60,962 nt of DNA, filler included, from 3 parts of 3 records of this genome joined end to end with filler, not necessarily neighbours in it; one strand, 5' to 3'. Shown: positions 23,013 to 32,615, counted from the whole stretch's first letter. The notes: generated by a model from the sequence alone, not told the origin. A program made the numbers and translations.

Positions 23013-24209
23013 TTACAGCGCCTTTACAGCAGCAACGATTTTCTCGGCGCCATCGCGAAGATTGTCGGCCGCGATCACATTGAGGCCACTTTCGGTGATG
23101 ATCCGCTTGCCTTCATCGACATTGGTGCCTTCCAAACGAACGACCAACGGCACGGAAAGCCCTACTTCTTTCACCGCAGATACCACCCCATCAGCGATCA
23201 CGTCACAGCGCATGATCCCGCCGAAGATATTGACCAAAATACCTTTGACCTGCGGATCGGAGGTGATGATCTTGAAGGCTTCGGTCACTTTTCCCTTTGT
23301 GGCGCCGCCGCCGACATCCAAGAAGTTCGCCGGTTCAGCACCATAGAGTTTGATAATGTCCATCGTGGCCATGGCCAGACCCGCACCGTTGACCATGCAA
23401 CCGATTTCGCCATCCAAGGCGATATAGTTCAGGTCATATTTCGACGCTTCCAGTTCACGGGCATCCTCCTCGGTGGTGTCGCGCAGCTCAGCGATATCTG
23501 CATGGCGGTACACCGCATTGCCATCGAAGCCAATTTTAGCATCCAAGACCTTCAAATCCCCACCGTCGGTGATGATCAAAGGGTTGATTTCCAGCATCTC
23601 CATATCTTTTTCGACAAAGGCTTTGTAGAGCTGGCCCATGAGTTTAACGCATTGCTTGATCTGCGCGCCTTTGAGGCCCAGAGAAAAGGCGATGCGTCGG
23701 CCATGAAAGCCTTGATAGCCAGTGGCGGGATCAACGGAGAAGGAGAGAATTTTTTCCGGTGTCGCCTCTGCCACCTCTTCAATGTCCATCCCGCCCTCGG
23801 TGGAGGCCACAAAGGAGATGCGGCTAGTCTGACGGTCCACCAGGATCGCGAGATAAAATTCTTTTTCAATGCCGGAGCCATCTTCGATATAAATTCGGTT
23901 GACCAATTTTCCCGCAGGGCCAGTTTGCTTGGTCACAAGTGTCCGGCCCAGCATGGCTTTGGCTTCTTTTTCCGCTTCATCGACCGACCGCGCAAGGCGC
24001 ACACCACCGGCAGCGCCGGCGTCAGCTTCGATAAAGCTGCCTTTTCCGCGCCCACCAGCGTGAATCTGAGCTTTCACAACCCACAAGGGCCCATCCATTT
24101 CGGACGCTGCCGCTTTGGCGGCATCGGCGCTGAGGACTATGCGCCCGTCGCTTACGGGTGCGCCGTAGCTGCGCAAAAGGGCTTTGGCTTGATATTCATG
24201 AATATTCAT
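23013..24209 (-). CDS. sucC: Succinyl-CoA synthetase beta subunit
   Basis: [31 protein letters not shown]. Confidence 0.98.
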   Translation of the reverse strand: MNIHEYQAKALLRSYGAPVSDGRIVLSADAAKAAASEMDGPLWVVKAQIHAGGRGKGSFIEADAGAAGGVRLARSVDEAEKEAKAMLGRTLVTKQTGPAGKLVNRIYIEDGSGIEKEFYLAILVDRQTSRISFVASTEGGMDIEEVAEATPEKILSFSVDPATGYQGFHGRRIAFSLGLKGAQIKQCVKLMGQLYKAFVEKDMEMLEINPLIITDGGDLKVLDAKIGFDGNAVYRHADIAELRDTTEEDARELEASKYDLNYIALDGEIGCMVNGAGLAMATMDIIKLYGAEPANFLDVGGGATKGKVTEAFKIITSDPQVKGILVNIFGGIMRCDVIADGVVSAVKEVGLSVPLVVRLEGTNVDEGKRIITESGLNVIAADNLRDGAEKIVAAVKAL

Positions 24210-24302
24210 AGAGCTGATCCTGCAATTTATTCCTTATCGCATGTAAAACACATAAGTCGTGGCGATATAGTAAATTTTTTCAGAAAAGCTGTTTTTCGTA
24301 CA

Positions 24303-24337
24303 TTTGTGATCACAGAAAAAAAATCTGTGATCACAAA
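24303..24337. promoter_or_regulatory. Tandem TGTGATCACA operators upstream of sucC
   Basis: Perfect palindromes at 24305-24314 and 24326-24335, 21 bp apart, separated by an A-tract. Confidence 0.65.
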
Positions 24338-24395
24338 AGGGAGGTCAAGCCCGGCTTATGCGCCAAATCAACGGGGTGGCGCAGCGCTTTGATGG

Positions 24396-25595
24396 CTAAA
24401 AGAAGGCCTGCAAGCCCGTTTGCGCCCGCCCAAGGATCAAAGCATGCACGTCATGCGTCCCCTCATATGTGTTGACCGTTTCAAGATTGGCCGCATGGCG
24501 CATGATCTGGAAACCCTCAGCAATGCCATTGCCCCCATGCATGTCTCGGCTAACCCGGGCGATGTCCAAAGCTTTGCCGCAATTGTTGCGTTTCATCAGG
24601 CTGATGAGCTCTGGGCTGGCCGTGCCGTCGTCCATCATCTGACCCAATCGGAAGGCCGATTGCAGACCCAGAGAAATTTCGGTTTGCATATCGGCCAGCT
24701 TTTTCTGGAACAGTTGGGTTTGCGCCAGAGGCTTGTTGAATTGCTTTCTGTCCAGACCATATTGCAATGCGGCGTGCCAACAAAACTCTGCTGCGCCCAT
24801 AACACCCCAGGCAATGCCATAGCGGGCTCGGTTGAGACAGCCAAAGGGTCCTTTGAGCCCTTCCACATTCGGCAAAAGCGCGTCTTCGCCCACCTCGACA
24901 CCATCCATAACGATTTCCCCAGTGACCGAGGCGCGCAGGGAGAGCTTGCCGCCAATTTTTGGCGCCGATAACCCGCTCATACCTTTTTCCAGTATGAACC
25001 CGCGGATTTTTCCACCATGTTCTTCTGATTTGGCCCAAACCACAAAGACATCCGCAATCGGCGCATTGGAAATCCACATCTTGGATCCGGTCAGCTTATA
25101 TCCCGTTGCGGTTTTCTCAGCGCGGGTTTTCATCCCGGCCGGATCTGATCCAGCATCCGGCTCGGTCAAACCAAAGCAGCCGATCAAAGCGCCAGAGCAT
25201 AGCCCAGGCAAGAACTTTTGCCGTTGCGCCTCACTGCCGTAGGCGTGGATGGGGTAGATGACCAAAGAGGATTGCACGGACATCATCGAGCGATAGCCGC
25301 TGTCGACCCGCTCGACCTCCCGCGCGATCAAACCATAGGCCGTATATGAGGCGCCAAGGCCGCCGTATTCCTCAGGAATAGTGGCCCCGAGCAGCCCGGC
25401 TTCGCCCATTTTGGGGAATAGGCCAGGATTGACTGTAGCCTCGCGGTAGGCATCAATAATCAAAGGTTGCAACTCATTTTGGGCAAACTGTGCCGCCGCA
25501 TCGCGCAGCATGCGATCATCTTCGGTCAGCTGAGTGTCCAGTAAAAACGGGTCGGGCCAATTAAAATCTGCCAATTGTGGTTTGAGGTCCGCCAT
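24396..25595 (-). CDS. gcdH: Acyl-CoA dehydrogenase, glutaryl-CoA dehydrogenase type
   Basis: [46 protein letters not shown]; start reset to ATG 25595 after GGAG. Confidence 0.88.
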   Translation of the reverse strand: MADLKPQLADFNWPDPFLLDTQLTEDDRMLRDAAAQFAQNELQPLIIDAYREATVNPGLFPKMGEAGLLGATIPEEYGGLGASYTAYGLIAREVERVDSGYRSMMSVQSSLVIYPIHAYGSEAQRQKFLPGLCSGALIGCFGLTEPDAGSDPAGMKTRAEKTATGYKLTGSKMWISNAPIADVFVVWAKSEEHGGKIRGFILEKGMSGLSAPKIGGKLSLRASVTGEIVMDGVEVGEDALLPNVEGLKGPFGCLNRARYGIAWGVMGAAEFCWHAALQYGLDRKQFNKPLAQTQLFQKKLADMQTEISLGLQSAFRLGQMMDDGTASPELISLMKRNNCGKALDIARVSRDMHGGNGIAEGFQIMRHAANLETVNTYEGTHDVHALILGRAQTGLQAFF

Positions 25596-25691
25596 GGTGA
25601 ATGCTCCTAATAGGTTTGCGCAAATTTGATCCAACGGCCGCGGGAGTACAACCCCTCATGAGGCAAAGGGCCTGCGGCAAATGGTAGACAC

Positions 25692-25722
25692 AAAAAAACC
25701 CGAAGCCTGCGCTGCGGGTTTT
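25692..25722 (-). terminator. Rho-independent terminator after infC
   Basis: On the minus strand AAAACCCGCAGC-GCAG-GCTTCGGG followed by T7. Confidence 0.75.
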
Positions 25723-25743
25723 CACTGCTCTAAATATTTGAGA

Positions 25744-26289
25744 CTATTTTGGCAGGGGGCCAACCAGCATGATCATCTGTCGACCTTCCATTTTTGGCAT
25801 ATTTTCAACCCGGCCGATTTCCTTGGTATCTTCAGCAACGCGCAGCAACAAATCGCGACCCAATTCTTGGTGTGCCATCTCGCGGCCCTTAAAGCGCAGG
25901 GTTATTTTAACCTTGTCGCCATTTTCCAAAAACTTAAACACATTGCGCATTTTGACTTCATAGTCATGCTTATCTGTGTTCGGTCGGAACTTGACCTCTT
26001 TAATTTCAATGATCTTTTGTTTTTTGCGCGCTTCGGCTTCTTTCTTTTGGGATTCATATTTGAATTTCCCAAAATCCATAATCTTGCAAACAGGTGGATT
26101 GGCATTTGGCGAAATTTCCACCAAGTCCAATCCGGCGTCTTCTGCCATGATTAAAGCGCGTTCTGGCGTGACCACGCCAATGTTTTCGCCATTTTCGTCA
26201 ATCAAGCGAAGTTCGCTCCCACGAATGCGTTCGTTGATGCGAGGGCCGGTTTCGCGCTGCGGAGGCGCGTTGTGAGGTCTGCGGGCTAT
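25744..26289 (-). CDS. infC: Translation initiation factor IF-3 (non-canonical ATA start)
   Basis: [26 protein letters not shown]; the frame extends to ATA-GCC-CGC-AGA ([19 protein letters not shown]) after RBS AAGGA. Confidence 0.95.
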   Translation of the reverse strand: MARRPHNAPPQRETGPRINERIRGSELRLIDENGENIGVVTPERALIMAEDAGLDLVEISPNANPPVCKIMDFGKFKYESQKKEAEARKKQKIIEIKEVKFRPNTDKHDYEVKMRNVFKFLENGDKVKITLRFKGREMAHQELGRDLLLRVAEDTKEIGRVENMPKMEGRQMIMLVGPLPK

Positions 26290-26380
26290 AGCTATCGTCC
26301 TTTTGTGGATAAATTAACGTCGCCTATCTAGCCGCGTGGCCACATAGTTTCAAGGCGTATCTTCATGGGCGGGCGAGTGC

Positions 26381-27214
26381 TTATCCGACGAAGGCTTTCT
26401 CGATCACATAGTCGCCCGGATCGGAATTGGCCCCCTCGCGAAGGCCATAGGCCTCAAGAATGCGTTTCATATCCGTGTTCAACCCCATGGAGCCGCAGAC
26501 CATCGCGCGGTCATTTTCCGCGTTGAAATCTGCTATTTTCAGATCAGCGAAGAGCGTGCCATCTTCCAACAAGGTGGTGATACGGCCCATCTTGGCAGAG
26601 GGCTCGCGCGTGGTGGTGGGGTAATAGATCAGCTTGGATTGCGCCTCTTCGCCGACCAAAATATCGTTTTTCGTCTCCTCAACCAGCTCTTGCCCGAATT
26701 TGAGCTCCGCCAGATCTCGGCAGCTGTGGGTTAAAATCACCTGTTCAAAACGCTCATAGGTTTCCGGCTCGCGCAGGAGCGAGGCAAAGGGGGCGATTCC
26801 GGTGCCGGTCGAAAAGAACCAGATGCGTTTGGCCGGGGTGAGGGCGTCATGCACCAATGTGCCGACCGGTTTGGGCCGCAAGATCACTTGATCGCCTGGT
26901 TTGATGTGCTGCAACTTGCTGGTCAGAGGACCGTCTTTGACCTTGATGGAATAGAATTGCAAAGTGTCATCCCAGGCCGGTGAGGCAATGGAATAGGCGC
27001 GCAGCAGCGGCTTTTGCTTGCCCGTCACAGGATCAAGGTCGCTCATCAAACCAATCATCACGAACTCACCAGAGCGGAACCGCAATGAGGCGGGCCGGGT
27101 GACGCGGAAGCGAAACAGGCTGTCGGTGTAATGTTCAACCTCTGTGACGGTTTGGGCGTCAGGCAGGGTCACGGGTGTTGCTGTTGTCAGTGTCACGGTG
27201 CTTTGCTCGGTCAT
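26381..27214 (-). CDS. fpr: Ferredoxin--NADP+ reductase
   Basis: RAYSIAS, STGTGIAPF, MVCGS, EKAFVG. Confidence 0.94.
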   Translation of the reverse strand: MTEQSTVTLTTATPVTLPDAQTVTEVEHYTDSLFRFRVTRPASLRFRSGEFVMIGLMSDLDPVTGKQKPLLRAYSIASPAWDDTLQFYSIKVKDGPLTSKLQHIKPGDQVILRPKPVGTLVHDALTPAKRIWFFSTGTGIAPFASLLREPETYERFEQVILTHSCRDLAELKFGQELVEETKNDILVGEEAQSKLIYYPTTTREPSAKMGRITTLLEDGTLFADLKIADFNAENDRAMVCGSMGLNTDMKRILEAYGLREGANSDPGDYVIEKAFVG

Positions 27215-27231
27215 TTAGGATCCTTTTCGGT

Positions 27232-27666
27232 CTAGTCTTTCATAGGCAGAAGTTCAATTGCGGCTTTTGACATTAATGTTGCGATGCGCCCGTTTGGGCG
27301 GCGCAGGCGTGATTGGTAATCATGGGCGCGCCAGTCGGCGCGGGCCAGCCATTGGGAATCTGGCTGCCGCGCGGCCAAGTCTTGCGGAATTTCGACATCA
27401 TCAAACCCAGAACGCCGCGCCATAGTGTATTGATCGGCCAGCACATGGCCCGCGAGCCTGAGGTGCCCGCGATAGCCGTTTTGCCGCAACCTTGTCGCCA
27501 GGGTAAAGCCACGCCCATCGGCGAAGCTGTCTAAGGTGATGCGAATGGAGCGTTGCTTTAGCAGCTCAGCCGTGATTCCCTTCGGGTCAAAGTCTGATGG
27601 TAAATCCGCCGCGATTGCGCCGGTATCTTCGGGCGCAAAGCCATGGTCATTCACGATAACAGTCAT
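27232..27666 (-). CDS. DUF934 protein of the sulfite reductase operon
   Basis: FADGRGFTLATRLR..GYRGHLR..GHVLADQ..RRSGFD. Confidence 0.88.
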   Translation of the reverse strand: MTVIVNDHGFAPEDTGAIAADLPSDFDPKGITAELLKQRSIRITLDSFADGRGFTLATRLRQNGYRGHLRLAGHVLADQYTMARRSGFDDVEIPQDLAARQPDSQWLARADWRAHDYQSRLRRPNGRIATLMSKAAIELLPMKD

Positions 27667-27680
27667 GGGATCCTCATGCA

Positions 27681-27917
27681 TTATTCGGTTTTGGATTGCC
27701 CAGGCCAATGGCCCGCGCGAAGGGTTGGTTTGGACGCAATTTGCGCCGCCATATGAAGCAAGACCGCTGGCTCTGCGCCAAAAGAGCCGACCAAAGCAAT
27801 TTTTTGATCCAAAAGGGCAAGCGCAGGCTTTAAAATATCTTGGAGCTGCCTGTCTGCATCGCGGCGGTTGAGCATAGCGAGCCGGGCCTCTAGCGGAATG
27901 TCATTGAGGTAGGGCAT
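27681..27917 (-). pseudogene. cysH: PAPS/APS reductase remnant with a large internal deletion
   Basis: The N-terminal IALVGSFGAEPAVLLHM is fused directly to the C-terminal RAGHWPGQSKTE*; the ECG(I/L)H catalytic motif is lost; it occupies the cysH slot between cysI and DUF934. Confidence 0.88.
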
Positions 27918-27920
27918 GGC

Positions 27921-29585
27921 TCATGCGGCCTTTCTCGCTTGCGGGTAGAGAAGGGCTTTGAAGGGCGCCAATCCGAGCCGGCGATAGGCTGCCAGAAAGC
28001 TTTCACTCCGATCTATGCGCAGCTGCAGATACCCCAGCAGCAAGCGCTCAATTGCCGGGACTATCTCATCGGCGCCGAAACCGGGGCCCGCACGGGTGCC
28101 AATTTCAGCGTCAGCACCCGCATCGCCGCCAAGAGTGATTTGATAGCTTTCAACACCGGCTTTCTCGAGGCCCAAAATCCCGATGTGCCCAATATGGTGA
28201 TGGCCGCAAGCATTGATGCAGCCTGAGATCTTGAGTTTCAACGGCCCAATGTCATGTTCCAGCTTTAGCGCGTGAAAGCGGGTTGCGATCTGCTGGGCCA
28301 CCGGAATGGAGCGCGCGGTCGCCAAGGCGCAGTAATCCATGCCGGGGCAGGCGATGATATCCGAGATCAACCCAATATTGGCGGTCGACAAATCCGTCTG
28401 ACGCAGCGCGTGATAGACTTGGGGGAGATCCGCGCGATGCACATGGGGCAATATCACGTTTTGCTCGTGAGAAATGCGCAGTTCATCATGGCCGAAATCG
28501 CGCGCGATGTCCGCCAAAGCGCGCATTTGCGCCGCGCTGGCGTCCCCCGGCGTCGTACTGGGTTTTTTCAAACTCACAGAGACAATAGCATAGCCGGGCA
28601 CCTTATGAGGGGTGATGTTCGTGTCCAACCAAGCGCGAAACGCGGGGGTGTGTGACGTGGTGCTGAGTGCCTCAACTGGCGGGTTTGCCGGTTTGAAATT
28701 TGGGGGTTCGAAATGCCGCTCAATCTCTTTTAAAATATGCATATCCTCCCCCGTAAACAAAGGGTTGATCTTGGAAAACTGCGTTTCAACCTCCTGTTTT
28801 ATATCGTCTATTCCATGCTCATGGGTGGTGATCTTTATGCGCGCTTTATATTTATTATCGCGCCGACCAAGCAGGTTGTAGGTGCTGACAACGGCTTCCA
28901 AATAGGGCAAGATATCTTCCAAAGGGACAAAGGGCGACAGGGTCTTGCCAATCATGGGCGTGCGCCCCAAACCTCCACCGACGATCACTTCAAACCCGCG
29001 CTGCCCATCTTGCAAGGTCAGTCGCAGACCAATGTCATGCGCCTGAGTTACGGCGCGGTCATGGGGGCTGCCTGTTACAGCAATCTTGAATTTGCGAGGC
29101 AAAAATTGAAACTCTGGATGATCGGTTGACCATTGGCGGATCAGCTCAGCTATGGGGCGCGGATCGGCAATCTCATCGGCCGCGGCCCCTGCGAAATGAT
29201 CTGCTGTGACATTTCGGATGGTGTTGCCACTGGTTTGAATGGCATGCATCTCCACGTCCGCCAAAGCCTGCAAGATGTCGGGCACGTCCTCGAGTTTTGG
29301 CCAGTTAAATTGAATATTTTGCCGTGTGGTGAAATGGCCATAGCCTTTGTCCCAACGCTCCGCGATCATCGCAAGTTGGCGCATTTGGCGGCTGTTGAGG
29401 GTGCCATAAGGAATGGCGACCCGCAGCATATAAGCGTGCAGCTGCAAGTATAGCCCATTCATGAGGCGCAGGGGCTTGAACTCGTCTTCGCTGAGACTGC
29501 CATCTAAACGCCGGGCGACCTGGGCGCGAAATTGCGCCACGCGCTCGGCGACGAATTTGTGATCAAAATTTGAATAGTGATACAT
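27921..29585 (-). CDS. cysI: Sulfite reductase hemoprotein (nitrite/sulfite reductase family)
   Basis: HFTTRQN, FLPRKFK, CPGMDYC and SGCINACG siroheme/4Fe-4S cysteines. Confidence 0.93.
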   Translation of the reverse strand: MYHYSNFDHKFVAERVAQFRAQVARRLDGSLSEDEFKPLRLMNGLYLQLHAYMLRVAIPYGTLNSRQMRQLAMIAERWDKGYGHFTTRQNIQFNWPKLEDVPDILQALADVEMHAIQTSGNTIRNVTADHFAGAAADEIADPRPIAELIRQWSTDHPEFQFLPRKFKIAVTGSPHDRAVTQAHDIGLRLTLQDGQRGFEVIVGGGLGRTPMIGKTLSPFVPLEDILPYLEAVVSTYNLLGRRDNKYKARIKITTHEHGIDDIKQEVETQFSKINPLFTGEDMHILKEIERHFEPPNFKPANPPVEALSTTSHTPAFRAWLDTNITPHKVPGYAIVSVSLKKPSTTPGDASAAQMRALADIARDFGHDELRISHEQNVILPHVHRADLPQVYHALRQTDLSTANIGLISDIIACPGMDYCALATARSIPVAQQIATRFHALKLEHDIGPLKLKISGCINACGHHHIGHIGILGLEKAGVESYQITLGGDAGADAEIGTRAGPGFGADEIVPAIERLLLGYLQLRIDRSESFLAAYRRLGLAPFKALLYPQARKAA

Positions 29586-29586
29586 T

Positions 29587-29883
29587 CTAAATCTCCTGTT
29601 TGCCGTGGCGATAATTGGACGGGCCTGTGCTGCGGAACTTTTCGCGAAAATGGCTGGCCTTTGGGCCGTCAGCGTCTTTTATGACATCGCTCAGATAGGC
29701 GCCGACCACGACATTGGCTTGCCCTTGGGCAAAGACCAGGCTTGCCTTGGCCAAATCACGATCTGTGATCACGGAAGCCTTCGTTAAATCTGGGGTCCAG
29801 CTGTGTGGAAAGCGCAGGTAAATGACTTCTCCCGACTTCAAATCATTGGCGGTGACGACTTTTGAGATGGGTGTTACAGGCAT
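29587..29883 (-). CDS. DUF2849 protein
   Basis: KVVTANDL..GEVIYL, VVGAYL, HFREKFRSTGPS; position between cysG and cysI. Confidence 0.85.
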   Translation of the reverse strand: MPVTPISKVVTANDLKSGEVIYLRFPHSWTPDLTKASVITDRDLAKASLVFAQGQANVVVGAYLSDVIKDADGPKASHFREKFRSTGPSNYRHGKQEI

Positions 29884-31268
29884 AGATCAGCCTCCTGTGG
29901 TTGAAAGACATGGGCCGCAGCAGTCCGGGGCGAAATCCCGTACAGCAGCACCAGCGGTCCGGCCAAGTTGTGGAGCGCCTCCGTCAGCGCATTAAGTGGG
30001 GCCGACCGTATGACCTGGTCGGGGCGTGAGCAGTTTTCAATGATGCTCACAGGCGTGAGAGGATCGGCGCCATGCATCAGCAAGCGCCCTTGGATGAAGC
30101 GTGCGGCTGTCTTGCCCATATAAATCGCCGCGACCGCGTCCGGTTTGGCCAAGTCGCGCCAATCGTGCTCTGCGTATCCGGCCATGTCGTGGCCTGTGAT
30201 GACCCTAAGCTGAGTGTTGCGCCCACGTCGGGTCAAGCTGCGCCCCAATGCAGCGGCGGCCGCTGAGGCTGCGGTGATGCCCGGCACAATGCTGTAGGAG
30301 ATGTCCTGGGCGGCAATCGCCTCTAGTTCCTCATCTAACCGACCAAAAACTGTAGGATCGTCCGACTTTAGGCGCAGAACCTGCGCCCCCCGCGCCACAT
30401 GTTTGACAATCAAGTGATGAATATCGTCCTGCGCCATGGCCTGGCCAAATCCCGTTTTGCCGACCTCAATCATGGTGGCCTCACGGCGCGCCAGCTCTAG
30501 GATGCGCCGATCCACCAATCGATCATGAAGGATTACATCGGCTTCATGCAGCAAAACACGGGCCTTGTGGGTCAGAAGGGCGGGGTCACCCGGGCCCGCA
30601 CCGACAAAATTCACATGGCCTGGCTTGGGACTGGCGCTTTTAAACTCCGCAAGCAATTCATGCAAAACCCGCTTTGCGCCCGCAACACCTTCAGCGCCAT
30701 AGGCGGCGGGGCCTTTGGAAAAATAAAAGCGACTCCAAAAATCGCGGCGGATACGGCCAAAGGGCAGCGCCTCTGCCAATGATCGGAAGGTTTGGCCAAT
30801 GCTGGCCAAGGCGCCAAGGTTTTGCGGCAAACGCTCCTCAATGTCGCGTTTAATGGCTCGTGCAACCACCGGAGCGGTGCCTTCGGTGCCAATGGCCACG
30901 GTTACGGGGTCACGGTCAACAATCGCTGGGGTGATAAATTGCGACTGCTCTAAATTATCAACCCAGTTGAACCATGTTCCGGCGGATTGCGCGATCTTTT
31001 GGGTCCGCGCATCGCAGCTGTCATCTTCGCTGGCCGCATAGATCAGCTGCGCTTGGCGTGCCTGGTCAAGGGTGAGGGGAGCTTTTGAAATTTTCAACAG
31101 GTCCGCTTGTGCCCAAGCGCGTATTTGTGCCTCTGGAGCCGGGTCATAAACTGTAATGTCAGCTTCGGTTTTGAGCAAAAGTCGTAATTTGGCAACCGCC
31201 GCAGCGCCGCCCCCCACCAAGGCGATCGGCATTTGTGCCACATTCAGAAAAACGGGAAAATATTTCAT
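29874..31268 (-). CDS. cysG: Siroheme synthase
   Basis: LVGGGAAA, FITPAIVDR, FVGAGPGDPALLT, VPGITAA. Confidence 0.94.
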   Translation of the reverse strand: MKYFPVFLNVAQMPIALVGGGAAAVAKLRLLLKTEADITVYDPAPEAQIRAWAQADLLKISKAPLTLDQARQAQLIYAASEDDSCDARTQKIAQSAGTWFNWVDNLEQSQFITPAIVDRDPVTVAIGTEGTAPVVARAIKRDIEERLPQNLGALASIGQTFRSLAEALPFGRIRRDFWSRFYFSKGPAAYGAEGVAGAKRVLHELLAEFKSASPKPGHVNFVGAGPGDPALLTHKARVLLHEADVILHDRLVDRRILELARREATMIEVGKTGFGQAMAQDDIHHLIVKHVARGAQVLRLKSDDPTVFGRLDEELEAIAAQDISYSIVPGITAASAAAAALGRSLTRRGRNTQLRVITGHDMAGYAEHDWRDLAKPDAVAAIYMGKTAARFIQGRLLMHGADPLTPVSIIENCSRPDQVIRSAPLNALTEALHNLAGPLVLLYGISPRTAAAHVFQPQEADLCL

Positions 31269-31399
31269 AACTCTGCCTCCAGTGCGGCAATATTAGAAAA
31301 TTGTTCTGGTATTTGACCAGATACCTGCGGTAATAAGGATGAAATCTTCGCAGCGGCGCGGGATGTGCGCGCTTGTTCTCATTGGAAGGGGGAAATCGG

Positions 31400-31867
31400 A
31401 TGACTGTTCGTCTGGATACGGTGGATCGTAAAATTTTATCTGAGCTGCAAAAGGATGCCAGCCGGTCCTTGGATGACATTGCCAAGACAATTGGAGCATC
31501 CAAAACGCCGGTTTGGAACAGAATCAAAAAACTGCGCGAAGCGGGGGTGATCAAACGCACCACGGTTGAGCTGGATGCCGAGGCGCTTGGCTTTGAAGCC
31601 TGCTTTTTTGTGTTGATCCGCACCTCCGAACATGAGGCCGATTGGCAAGATCGTTTTCTGACCGCGTTGCAAAACCGCCCTGAAGTGCTCGAAGCGCATC
31701 GATTGGCGGGCGAGATTGACTATATTTTGAAAGTCATTGTGCCAAATGCGCGGGCATATGACAAATTTTACCAAGCACTTATCTCAGAGGTGCGGGTGTT
31801 CAACGTGACAGCGCTTTTGAGCATGGAGGAGTTGAAATCTGGCGGCGGATTGAGCCTTGATCCGTAG
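31400..31867 (+). CDS. Lrp/AsnC-family regulator (DecR-like), divergent from cysG
   Basis: LDTVDRKILSELQ, TPVWNRIKKL, HRLAGEIDYILKV. Confidence 0.92.
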   Translation: MTVRLDTVDRKILSELQKDASRSLDDIAKTIGASKTPVWNRIKKLREAGVIKRTTVELDAEALGFEACFFVLIRTSEHEADWQDRFLTALQNRPEVLEAHRLAGEIDYILKVIVPNARAYDKFYQALISEVRVFNVTALLSMEELKSGGGLSLDP

Positions 31868-32017
31868 GGATCGCGGCATTGAGGTGAGCGCGCGTATTTC
31901 GCCAAATACGGCGGCGGGGGAAAGAAATGCAAAATAATGACCAAAAGCTCTTCGTGCCGCTTGACGCTGCCGGGCGGCTTGCTTAGAGAACCTTCAGTCC
32001 TACAAGACACACAGTTG

Positions 32018-32047
32018 GCGGTTGTAGCTCAGTTGGTTAGAGTACCG
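32018..32047 (+). tRNA. tRNA 5' fragment, probably tRNA-Asp, cut by the contig end
   Basis: GCGGTTG-TA-GCTC-AGTTGGTTA-GAGT-A-CCG; upstream TTGACG promoter element at 31961; isotype from recalled similarity only. Confidence 0.75.
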
Positions 32048-32147
32048 NNNNNNNNNNNNNNNNNNNNNNNNNNNNNNNNNNNNNNNNNNNNTTAATTAAT
32101 TAANNNNNNNNNNNNNNNNNNNNNNNNNNNNNNNNNNNNNNNNNNNN
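32048..32147. other. Artificial contig spacer (N44-TTAATTAATTAA-N44)
   Basis: Same 100-bp linker as at 12057. Confidence 0.99.
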
Positions 32148-32208
32148 GAGACTAGTTCGCATTCGTCTGACAGCACCGAATGTTGTGTTGACCGATACGA
32201 TTAGAACT

Positions 32209-32379
32209 ATGCCCGATCCAGCAACGATTGGGGTAAAGACCAGATTGGAGGCAAAGCCTATAAAGCGCATACTGGACCGACAATCGCGGGAGGTGGTTGG
32301 ATGGCTTTATGAATGGGACACCGGAGAATTCGTGCCGATGTGGAAACGAGGACAGCATGAAGATGTCGTTTATGAGTAG
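32209..32379 (+). CDS. Small hypothetical protein (56 aa)
   Basis: Protein-like composition (VVGWLYEWDTGEFVPMWK); weak RBS; no family recognised. Confidence 0.5.
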   Translation: MPDPATIGVKTRLEAKPIKRILDRQSREVVGWLYEWDTGEFVPMWKRGQHEDVVYE

Positions 32380-32496
32380 CGCAGCGACAATGCATCGCTT
32401 GAGAGAAATCTGATTGGATAGCCTGTATTGGGGCAGGGGGATACGTCGATCACCAGTCCCCTGAGAAACAGCGGAAGGTTATCCATGTTGCGACCA

Positions 32497-32524
32497 ATTT
32501 CGCATAAGCGCGCATATGTGAAAT
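32497..32524 (+). other. dif/pdif-like XerC-XerD recombination site
   Basis: ATTTCGCATAA-GCGCGC-ATATGTGAAAT has 11-6-11 architecture; the right arm matches 9/11 of the XerD arm TTATGTTAAAT. Confidence 0.55.
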
Positions 32525-32615
32525 CTGACGTCGAAAATCTATTCAGCTAACGTCGGTTGTTCCTCTTAGACCGTATGGATGAGTGAGATCAATTTTTTAC
32601 GCTGCGTGTGCAGAG

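Noticed and set aside
22869-24392. 507-aa plus-strand ORF
   Set aside because: Antisense shadow of sucC with no recognisable motifs; the same applies to the long antisense ORFs over sucA, sucB and lpdA
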